NCBI GenBank assembly: GCA_030151765.1
Contig: JASLCW010000020.1
Coordinates: 1 to 55,077 of the forward strand
Source of the DNA: Marmoricola sp.
GTDB lineage: Bacteria; Actinomycetota; Actinomycetes; Propionibacteriales; Nocardioidaceae
Length of the DNA: 55,077 bases
Reading direction: 5' to 3'
The position numbers were made by a program, and so were the translations under genes. Below the pieces are notes generated by a model, which saw only the letters and a program-made list of their open reading frames with translations, made no database searches and had not been told where the DNA came from. This document shows, piece after piece, positions 48,037 to 55,077 of the stretch. Positions within the stretch are counted from its first letter, which is position 1. Every line of letters starts with the position of its first letter.

Positions 48037-48780
48037 TCAGTGATGGGCGACGGCGAAGGGCCACTGCTCCTGGGCGTGGGCCGATGCCCAGAACATCCAC
48101 TCGTACTGGCAGCCCTGCCGGTAGATCTCCTCGCAGCGTTGCAGTTCGCTCGCGCTGCACGACTGGGCGAGCAGGTCGACGCAGTCCAGGACCTCGGCGG
48201 TGACGCGGTCGAAGTCGACCTCGCCATAGCTCGCGATCCAGCGTGCGAAGGCGGGATGGGGCGAGCCCTCCTTCTCGAGGAGTGCCCCGATCCGTGCGTA
48301 GATCCAGTAGCAGGGCAGGACGGAGATCAGGCCTTCGAGGAAGGGTCGCTTCTCGCAGTGCGCCGTGATCCAGGAGATGTACGCCGCGGCGGTGGGCGAG
48401 GTCTCCACGTCGTCCGGCGGGAGCCAGTGGGAGTCCAGCATCGACTCGAGTTCCTTGAAGAGCGACATCTCCGCGCCGATCGAGCCGTTCATGTGGCCGA
48501 TGAGCATCTCGAAGATCCAGTCCTCAGGAGCTCTGCTCGCCAAGGTCGCGAGATTGCGCAGATAGGACCGGATGTAGCGACCGTCCTGGATCAGGTAATA
48601 GGCGAAGGCGTCATCGGAGAGAGTGCCCTCGGTCAGGCCGGTGATGAAGGGCGAGTGCACGATCGCATCGAAGACGTCGGTGCTCGACCGCCACAGCACC
48701 GAGGTGAAGTCCTCCGTGCCGCGGGCGAGCGGGTCGGATCCCCGATCGCCGAGGCCCTTGCCATAGAGAGTTCGTGCCAC
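48037..48780 (-). CDS. tenA: TenA (thiaminase II / aminopyrimidine aminohydrolase)
   Basis: SPFITGLTEGTL, YLIQD, LPCYWIY, WIASY, YEWMFW. Confidence 0.9.
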   Translation of the reverse strand: MARTLYGKGLGDRGSDPLARGTEDFTSVLWRSSTDVFDAIVHSPFITGLTEGTLSDDAFAYYLIQDGRYIRSYLRNLATLASRAPEDWIFEMLIGHMNGSIGAEMSLFKELESMLDSHWLPPDDVETSPTAAAYISWITAHCEKRPFLEGLISVLPCYWIYARIGALLEKEGSPHPAFARWIASYGEVDFDRVTAEVLDCVDLLAQSCSASELQRCEEIYRQGCQYEWMFWASAHAQEQWPFAVAHH

Positions 48781-48796
48781 AGCGCTTGCTCCTTCC

Positions 48797-49615
48797 TCAG
48801 TTCCGGGCCGACCGCTGCGCGTAGTACCACGGGATGGCCAGACGAGCCGTCACGCTGAGGGCGGCGAAGAGGATGGCGGTGACCACGGCCGTGATCAGGA
48901 CCGCTCCGAAGACCAGGTCGGTCTGGAAGGCCTGCTTGGCCAGCAGCATCCAGATGCCCAGGCCGTTCTGCGCGCCGACGTACTCCGCGACGATCGCGGC
49001 CGTGACGGCGTAGGTGACCGCGATGCGAAGTCCGGTGAAGAAGTAGGGGAGTGCCGTGGGCAGCCGGACCTTGAAGAAGATCTGCCGGCCGGTCGCCCCC
49101 ATGGTGCGCAGCAGCCGGGTGCTCTCCTCGTCGGTGCTGGCGAAACCGTCCAGGAGCGCGACCACGATCGGGAAGAAGGTCACCAGGATGACGATCAGGA
49201 CCTTGGGCAGCATCCCGAAGCCGAACCAGATGATCATCAGCGGTGCGATGGCGATCACCGGCACGGTCTGTGAGGCGACCAGCATCGGGTAGAGACCGCG
49301 ACGGAGCCACTGCATGCTGTCCATCAGTGTCGCGATCAGCACCGCCACCGCCAGCGAGCAGGCGAAGCCGACGACGGTCTCCTTGATCGTCTGGAAGGTA
49401 TGGGTCCAGGCGATGTCGCGGTTGTCCCAGAGCGCGCTGACGATCTGCGAGGGCGTCGGCAGGATAGTGGGACTGACATTGGCGATATTCGGGTAGATCT
49501 GCCAGATCGCCAGGATCACCACCGGCACGATGAGGGCGGTTCCGGCCCGCATCAGCAGGGGATTGGCCGATCGTGAGGTCCGCTTCCGGACTCCCGTCAG
49601 AGCTAGATCGCCCAT
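48797..49615 (-). CDS. ABC permease, ThiX/SsuC-like
   Basis: ILPTPS, SQTVPVIAIAPL, WFGFG, LPTALP, VAEY...GLG. Start ATG 49615 overlaps the upstream tenA. Confidence 0.9.
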   Translation of the reverse strand: MGDLALTGVRKRTSRSANPLLMRAGTALIVPVVILAIWQIYPNIANVSPTILPTPSQIVSALWDNRDIAWTHTFQTIKETVVGFACSLAVAVLIATLMDSMQWLRRGLYPMLVASQTVPVIAIAPLMIIWFGFGMLPKVLIVILVTFFPIVVALLDGFASTDEESTRLLRTMGATGRQIFFKVRLPTALPYFFTGLRIAVTYAVTAAIVAEYVGAQNGLGIWMLLAKQAFQTDLVFGAVLITAVVTAILFAALSVTARLAIPWYYAQRSARN

Positions 49616-50283
49616 TGCTCGCCTCCGTACGCCGAGTCCCAGAACATCCATTCGTAGCGAGCCGAGGTGACCACGGCCTGGATCATCGCGTCACGATCGC
49701 GCTCGCCCAGCTCGCCGCCGATGCGGGCGCAGACATCGAGCGCCGACTGCGAGGAGGCGAGGAAGCCCTCGGAGCTGTAGTTGTCGATCCAACCCTGGTA
49801 GAGCGGATTCGCCGAGCCGCCGGTCTCGATGAGATGCGTCCCGAGATCCGCGTAGAACCAGAAGCAGGGCAGTACGGCGCCCGCCGCTTCGTGGTACTTG
49901 CCACCCCAGCAGGCGCGGCGTTCCCAGTTCGTGTACGCCGTCGTCGTCGGTGAGGGCTGCGCCGCGGCCAGGTGTGCCGCGTCGATGTCGAGCGCCGCCA
50001 GGATCCCGGTGTGCATGGTGCGCTCGGTCTCGACGACGCGCCGGCTCGATTCGCAGAAGAACATCGACTCCGTGCGGTCATCGGCGAGGGCGCCGCACAT
50101 CGCGAGGCACTGACCGTAGTCGCGCAGATAGAGGCTGTCCTGCACGATGAAGCGCTGGAAGACCTCACGCGAGAGGGTCCCGTCCTGGAGTTCTTTGACG
50201 AACGGGTGCTCGAGCACCTTGTCGAAGATGGGGCTGATCGCGTCCCAGAGGTCGACGCTGAATCCGTTCCTGGTCAGTGTCAT
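49603..50283 (-). CDS. tenA: TenA (second paralogue)
   Basis: HPFVKELQDGTL, FIVQD, LPCFWFY, WIDNY, YEWMFW. Confidence 0.9.
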   Translation of the reverse strand: MTLTRNGFSVDLWDAISPIFDKVLEHPFVKELQDGTLSREVFQRFIVQDSLYLRDYGQCLAMCGALADDRTESMFFCESSRRVVETERTMHTGILAALDIDAAHLAAAQPSPTTTAYTNWERRACWGGKYHEAAGAVLPCFWFYADLGTHLIETGGSANPLYQGWIDNYSSEGFLASSQSALDVCARIGGELGERDRDAMIQAVVTSARYEWMFWDSAYGGEQWAI

Positions 50284-51152
50284 GGCCGAGATCCTCCTGT
50301 CGTGGTGTTCGCCGGTAGGCCGGGCAGATGGAAGGTGGACTGCAGCGCTTCGAGCAGCCGGGCCTCGATGGCGGCGAACTCGGGCGAGACGGTCATCTCG
50401 AGAGTGCGCGGCCGGGGCAGGTCGATCGGCACTTCCAGGAGCACATTGGTCGGCCTCGGTCCCAGGACGTAGACCCGGTCGGAGAGGTAGACCGCCTCCC
50501 GGATGTCGTGGGTGATGAAGAGCACCGTCCGCTTGAACTGGGACCAGATCGACAGCAGGAATTCCTGCATCGCCGCCCGGGTCAGCGAATCGAGGGCCCC
50601 GAAAGGCTCGTCGAGGAGGATGATCCCGCGGTCCTGGATGATCGTCCGGAGCAGCGCGGCTCGTTGACGCATCCCGCCGGAGAGCGTGAAGGGATAGGCG
50701 TCCGCGAACTGCTCCAGACCGAACTGGGGGAGCAGCTCGATCGCCTTGGTCTCCGCCTCCCGCTTCGGCATCCCGATGATCTCCAGGGGCAGGCAGATGT
50801 TCTTCAGGACCGTCCGCCAGGGAAAGAGCATGTCCTTCTGCGGCATGTAGGCGACCTCGCGCTGCGTGCGCTGTAAGGCGTCCCCGTTGATCAGCACCTG
50901 TCCTTCGTCGATGTCGTCGAGACCGGCCAGGATGTTGAAGAGGGTGCTCTTGCCGCAGCCGCTCGGCCCGATGATGCTGACCAGCTCCTCCTTCTTCGCA
51001 TAGAGGTCGAGCTGGTCGATCACCGGCACCGAGCGCTTGTCCTTGCCGATGAAGTTCTTGGTCAGCCCCGTGATGTCGACGTGCCTCGACTCGCTCACGG
51101 GGCTTCCAGGCTCGTGATGGACCACAGGATGCACAGTGTTCTCCGTCGTCAT
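50280..51152 (-). CDS. ABC ATP-binding protein, ThiZ/SsuB-like
   Basis: GPSGCGKS, YMPQKD, LSGGMRQR, LLDEPFGALD, ITHD. Confidence 0.93.
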   Translation of the reverse strand: MTTENTVHPVVHHEPGSPVSESRHVDITGLTKNFIGKDKRSVPVIDQLDLYAKKEELVSIIGPSGCGKSTLFNILAGLDDIDEGQVLINGDALQRTQREVAYMPQKDMLFPWRTVLKNICLPLEIIGMPKREAETKAIELLPQFGLEQFADAYPFTLSGGMRQRAALLRTIIQDRGIILLDEPFGALDSLTRAAMQEFLLSIWSQFKRTVLFITHDIREAVYLSDRVYVLGPRPTNVLLEVPIDLPRPRTLEMTVSPEFAAIEARLLEALQSTFHLPGLPANTTTGGSRP

Positions 51153-52198
51153 GCCTGGCAGCTCGCCGGCAGATAGTCGGTGGTGGCGATCGAGCTCATC
51201 TGGGGCGTGGGAATCTTGATCGCCTTCCAGTAGCCGATCTCGTCGTAGTGGTCGTAGAACTTCTTCAGCTCGTCCACATTCAGGCATCCGGCGCCGCCAC
51301 CGTCAGGAACGATGTAGCCCTCCTTCGCCATGAGCTCGAGGCCCTCCGTCGGGACCTTCGCGGCGTCCTTGCCGGCGAAGGAGCTCGGGTTCGCCTTGAT
51401 CAGCAGCTGCACGGCCTGGTCGGGGTTCTTCTGCGTGAAATCCCAGCCCTTTGCCGAGGCGGCGATGAAGCGCTTGGCGACATCGGCGTGCTTGCCGAGC
51501 CAGTCGGTATTGCAGGCCAGCATCACGCTCGGCTCGTCCGGTACGCCGAAGTCCGTGAAGGGCATGATGTTCACCTCGACCCCGCGCTCGCGTGCCTCGA
51601 GCGGCTCGACATTCAGGTAGGTGCTGACGAAGTCGATCTTCTTGGCGAGCAGGGCGTCGAGTGCGCCGTCTTGGAGGCTGATGTAGTCGTAGTTGCCGGT
51701 GCCGCCGCCGGCCTTGATCAGGCTGGAGATCTGGAGCTTGTCGCCGGGCGTGCCGAAGCCGCCGTACTTCTTGCCGTCGAGGTCGGCCGGCTTCGTCAGG
51801 CCGGAGTCCGCGCGCGTCATCAGCGCAGCCAGGTTGCGCTGCACGATGCCCATCACCGCGATCTCCTTGGCGCCACCGTTGATGGAGGTGGCGAGGGTGA
51901 CCGGGTCGGTGATGGCGCAGTCGGCCTTGCCGGCGGCGACCAGCGTGTCCGCGGCCGCCTGCGCGAAGGGGAGTACGTCGACCTTGATCTTGTCGTCGGC
52001 GTAGTAGCCCTCGGCCTTGGCGGCGAAGAAGCCGGTGTGGTTCACGTTGGGCGTCCAGTCGAGCGCGAGCCGGACGGTCGTCGTCCCGTTGGCGTCCTGA
52101 GAGCCGCCGGAGGAGCCACAAGCGCTCAGCATTCCCAGGGCGGCGAGACTGGTCGCGCTCAGTGCGACCTTGGCGATGAGCCTGCGGTTTCCTGACAT
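51149..52198 (-). CDS. ABC substrate-binding lipoprotein, ThiY/NMT1-like
   Basis: Lipobox LSAC, LDWTPNVNHTG, DLDGKKYGGFG; AGGAGA RBS before ATG 52198. Confidence 0.88.
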   Translation of the reverse strand: MSGNRRLIAKVALSATSLAALGMLSACGSSGGSQDANGTTTVRLALDWTPNVNHTGFFAAKAEGYYADDKIKVDVLPFAQAAADTLVAAGKADCAITDPVTLATSINGGAKEIAVMGIVQRNLAALMTRADSGLTKPADLDGKKYGGFGTPGDKLQISSLIKAGGGTGNYDYISLQDGALDALLAKKIDFVSTYLNVEPLEARERGVEVNIMPFTDFGVPDEPSVMLACNTDWLGKHADVAKRFIAASAKGWDFTQKNPDQAVQLLIKANPSSFAGKDAAKVPTEGLELMAKEGYIVPDGGGAGCLNVDELKKFYDHYDEIGYWKAIKIPTPQMSSIATTDYLPASCQA

Positions 52199-52334
52199 TT
52201 CAAATCTCCTAGCTTGGGTGGCGCGAGATGAGTCGTGTGATCGGTTGACTCGCACGGTCAACCGGGGGCCGGTGCAAGGGCGTCGGCGCGGCGAGGGAGT
52301 CGGCTGGGGCGAAGCCTCATTTGTGAGATGCAAG

Positions 52335-52382
52335 ATCTGACATATGATGTATCACCTTAGTGGTGTGGATCACTCTTGGCTA
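52335..52382 (-). promoter_or_regulatory. Candidate promoter and FadR/GntR-type operator for the ThiY/tenA operon
   Basis: Minus strand TAGCCA-17-TAAGGT, then ATACATCATATGTCAGAT; contains TCTGACATAT at 52336-52345 on the + strand. Confidence 0.55.
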
Positions 52383-54080
52383 GACCAACGGGCTGTGAAT
52401 CTGGCGAGATTCGTCCTCCTTCTGCTCCCGCAGGACATTGCGGCGGATCTTCCCGGTCTGGGTCTTGGGCAGGTCGTCGACGAGGTGGACCGACCGCGGG
52501 CACTTGTAGGCGGCCAGGCGCTCACGGCTGAAGGCGATGAGCTCCTCGGCCGTGGCGCTCGCGCCCGCCGACAGCGACACATACGCGACGACAGCCTCGC
52601 CGCGGTAGTCGTCCGGACGCCCTACGACGGCGACCTCGTGCACTGCGGGATGCGCGTAGAGGGCGTCCTCCACCTCGCGCGGCCACACCTTGTATCCGGA
52701 GGTGTTGATCTGGTCCTTGAGTCGATCGACGAGGAAGATCCATCCCGACTCGTCCATGATCGCGCCGTCGCCGGTGCGCAGCCATCCGTCGGGGAAGGTC
52801 GAGGCGGTCGCGGCGGGATTGCGCCAGTAGCCGGTCACGACCTGGGGGCCGGCCAGGCTCAGTTCCCCCTGTTGTCCGGGCGGTACCGGCCGTCCGTCGG
52901 CATCGACGACCCGGGCGTCGAGGCCGGGGAAGGGTATGCCGATCGAGAGTGTGCCGCTCGGCTCGTCGACGGGCGCTTCCTGTCCCAGCGGTACGCCGAT
53001 CACCGCGGACGAGGTCTCGGTCATCCCGTAGACGTTGTGGATGTAGACGCCGAAGCGTTCGCGGAAGCGGTCGATCGTCGAGGGTGGGATGGGTGCGCCC
53101 CCGCTGTAGATCGACTTGAGGGAGCGGAAGTGCCGGCGGCCGGCGTGGGGGAGCTGGTAGATCGCATTGAAGGCCGTGATCGAACCGATCGTGAAGGTCA
53201 CACCGTGCTCGACGAAGGCCTCGATGGCCACCTCCGGATGGAAGCGGTTGGTCATCACGAGCACGGCGTCGTGCAGCAGGGCGATCGTGGCATTGATGAC
53301 GGCGCCGGTGATGTGGAACAAGGGGGCCATCGCGTAGACGGCGTCGCCGGCGCCCAGGTCGATCCAGGAGGCGTAGCTGTCGGTGACCGCGAGGAGATTG
53401 CCATGGGTGTTCATCGCGCCCTTCGCCGGACCCGTCGTGCCCGACGTGTAGGTGAGCAGGGCGAGGTCGTCCGGCTGCGCCGTCAGGGGCTCCAGGGGAG
53501 TGCCGGCGTACTGCTCGACGAGCTCCTCCAGATCGTGCGCCTCGAGCGGACTCCCTTGTGCCGCGGGGGCTTCCGCGGCCGGAGCGAGATCGAAGACGCG
53601 TACGTCGTCGCGCGTCTGGAAGGCTCGTGGCGACGTGGTGACCATCCACTGGACGCTGCCCGCGGCCAGGGTGGCCGAAGTGGCGGCCGCGTCGTCGCCG
53701 GTGCAGACGATGCCGACGGCTTCGGCGTCGTCGACAAGACGGCGCAGTTCCTCGCCGCGGTACATGGGATTGAGGACGAGCGCCGCCGCGCGCAGCTTCC
53801 AGAGCGCCAGCATCGTGAGTGCGAACTGCGGGATGTTCTGGAGGTAGATGCCGACCCGGTCTCCGGGCTGGGTGCCCAGTGAGCGAAGGCCGGCAGCGAG
53901 AGCGTCGGTAGCGCGGTCGACCTCGTCCACTGTCATGACGCCGTCGAAATAGGCGATGGCGCGCGCACCGGGCTCGCGGGCGACCCGCTCCCGCCAGGCG
54001 TCGAGAAGCGACTCGTGCCCGGCGCGTGGCCGGTCCGCCACTTTCCTCGGGTAGAGCGCCTTCCACGGCTGTTCCGTCAT
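52380..54080 (-). CDS. Long-chain acyl-CoA ligase / AMP-binding enzyme
   Basis: YTSGTTGPAKG, VYGMTE, WLRTGD, DRLKD, PKTQTGKI; start MTEQPW. Confidence 0.95.
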   Translation of the reverse strand: MTEQPWKALYPRKVADRPRAGHESLLDAWRERVAREPGARAIAYFDGVMTVDEVDRATDALAAGLRSLGTQPGDRVGIYLQNIPQFALTMLALWKLRAAALVLNPMYRGEELRRLVDDAEAVGIVCTGDDAAATSATLAAGSVQWMVTTSPRAFQTRDDVRVFDLAPAAEAPAAQGSPLEAHDLEELVEQYAGTPLEPLTAQPDDLALLTYTSGTTGPAKGAMNTHGNLLAVTDSYASWIDLGAGDAVYAMAPLFHITGAVINATIALLHDAVLVMTNRFHPEVAIEAFVEHGVTFTIGSITAFNAIYQLPHAGRRHFRSLKSIYSGGAPIPPSTIDRFRERFGVYIHNVYGMTETSSAVIGVPLGQEAPVDEPSGTLSIGIPFPGLDARVVDADGRPVPPGQQGELSLAGPQVVTGYWRNPAATASTFPDGWLRTGDGAIMDESGWIFLVDRLKDQINTSGYKVWPREVEDALYAHPAVHEVAVVGRPDDYRGEAVVAYVSLSAGASATAEELIAFSRERLAAYKCPRSVHLVDDLPKTQTGKIRRNVLREQKEDESRQIHSPLV

Positions 54081-54091
54081 GACGCGCCTCG

Positions 54092-54754
54092 TCACCTGTG
54101 GGCCATGAGCAGCCGCACGATGTGGTCGACGCGCTTCTCCTGGAAGGTCCTCGACCATGCGCGCTGGCCCATGCCCGCAACGATCGTGGCGTCGTGCTCG
54201 AGCGGGAAGTAGCACATGCCGATCACGCTCAGCACGAGCTGGTCCGAGTCGTCACCGGGTCCGACGACGCCGATCTGGGTCATGATCTCCACCATCCGCT
54301 CGGCGAAGTGGCGGGAGTGGCGTGGGGCGACCTCCCGGTCGCCCGCGCGCTCGATGGCATCGCGAGTCAGCAGCCACACGAAGGTCGGCGTGGTGAGGAG
54401 GAACTCGACGTACCCGCCGACGAGCTTGCGAAGCGCCCCCTCGGCATCGTCGGGTGACTCGGCGAGCAGTGTCTCGGCGGCGTCAACGACCTCGTCGAGG
54501 GCGGCGTCGCGACGCTCGAAGACCCGGTGCAGGACCTCGCGGTGAAGGTCCTCCTTGGAGCCGAAGAAGTAGCCGGGCAGGCCGACGGACACGCCGGCCT
54601 TGTCGGCGATGGCGGCGAGGGAGGCGCCGGTGAAGCCGAGTTCAGCGAAGAGCTGCTCGGCGGCGTCGAGGATGCTGATGCGCGAGCGCTCGGCATCGCG
54701 GCCCTTCCCCCCGGCGCTCCGGTCGAGGGTTGGCGTCCTTCGTCGTGTGCTCAT
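54092..54754 (-). CDS. TetR/AcrR-family regulator
   Basis: ILDAAEQLFAELGFTGASLAAIADKAGVSVGLPGYFFGSKEDL. Confidence 0.95.
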   Translation of the reverse strand: MSTRRRTPTLDRSAGGKGRDAERSRISILDAAEQLFAELGFTGASLAAIADKAGVSVGLPGYFFGSKEDLHREVLHRVFERRDAALDEVVDAAETLLAESPDDAEGALRKLVGGYVEFLLTTPTFVWLLTRDAIERAGDREVAPRHSRHFAERMVEIMTQIGVVGPGDDSDQLVLSVIGMCYFPLEHDATIVAGMGQRAWSRTFQEKRVDHIVRLLMAHR

Positions 54755-54893
54755 GGGGCCTCATCCTGTGGTGCTGTCGAAGAGCCGCCGGAAATTTCCT
54801 ATATCGGCGTGCAGTAAGTACTACCACTTCTCTCGTTCCTCGGCTAGTGTCCGTTACCACCCCCGCGGTAGAGAGCAGTGAATACACGCCTCT

Positions 54894-54910
54894 CACTAAC
54901 TTGCTGAGTG
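54894..54910. promoter_or_regulatory. Possible TetR operator
   Basis: Imperfect dyad CACTAACTTGCTGAGTG between divergent genes. Confidence 0.25.
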
Positions 54911-54979
54911 TTCAAAAAGGATGCGGGAACGCTCCTGGCGGATCGGCGGGACACAGCATCAATGAGGAGGATTCAGCCC

Positions 54980-55077
54980 TTGTTCACCATCGAGCCCCTG
55001 GTCGTGGCCTACGGCCCGCACCGCGAGAAGAGCCGCTTCACCTACATGCACAATGCGGGTGTCGCGATCGACATCCC
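54980..55077 (+). CDS. Partial CDS, possibly a metallo-beta-lactamase-fold (AHL-lactonase-like) hydrolase
   Basis: GAGGAGG RBS, TTG start, MFTIEPLVVAYGPHREKSRFTYMHNAGVAIDIP, open to the window end. The family guess rests on 32 aa only. Confidence 0.45.
   Translation, partial: MFTIEPLVVAYGPHREKSRFTYMHNAGVAIDI

Noticed and set aside
51149..52198. THI5-type HMP-P synthase
   Set aside because: It has a lipobox and cognate ABC genes, so a binding protein is more likely.
52199..52380. TPP riboswitch
   Set aside because: Conserved THI-box cores were not found on the minus strand by eye; an Infernal search is still needed.
1..55077. CRISPR array, IS element, prophage, tRNA or rRNA
   Set aside because: No repeat-spacer series or mobility genes were seen, and the intergenic gaps are short with no recognisable RNA genes.

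Overview
High-GC, gene-dense window that looks actinobacterial (inferred from composition and protein families). I found no rRNA, tRNA, CRISPR array or transposase. It has four blocks. (1) 1-1807: a type IV (AbiEi/AbiEii-like) toxin-antitoxin pair whose toxin is cut at about 617 and abuts the truncated end of a convergent AAA-type ATPase, an apparent deletion junction; a membrane protein follows. (2) 1827-15856: an organosulfur-scavenging locus with a LysR regulator, a 23-aa leader peptide ending in two Cys, two NtaA/DszA-type monooxygenases, a peptide-type ABC importer, two DszC/SfnB-type monooxygenases, an SsuD-like enzyme and two flavin reductases. Its two promoter regions share a palindrome, and several enzymes are nearly free of Cys and Met. 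(3) 15892-47670: a large catabolic island of unknown substrate, with an amidase plus small partner protein, AhpD-like, VOC, MFS and ABC proteins, cupins, atypical GxHTG hydrolases, a triple-domain Rid, a racemase-like protein, a cysteine hydrolase, many CoA-dependent enzymes and an internal FadR/GntR regulator. (4) 47704-55077: a ThiY/NMT1-type ABC operon with two TenA paralogues and a thiamine-binding-type protein but no visible TPP riboswitch, then an acyl-CoA ligase, TetR and a partial CDS. The strongest new signal is the 10-mer TCTGACATAT in three promoter regions (20462, reverse strand at 32243, 52336). It would place the TenA operon in one regulon with the catabolic island, suggesting an undescribed thiamine/pyrimidine or related heterocycle degradation system. 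This remains a hypothesis.
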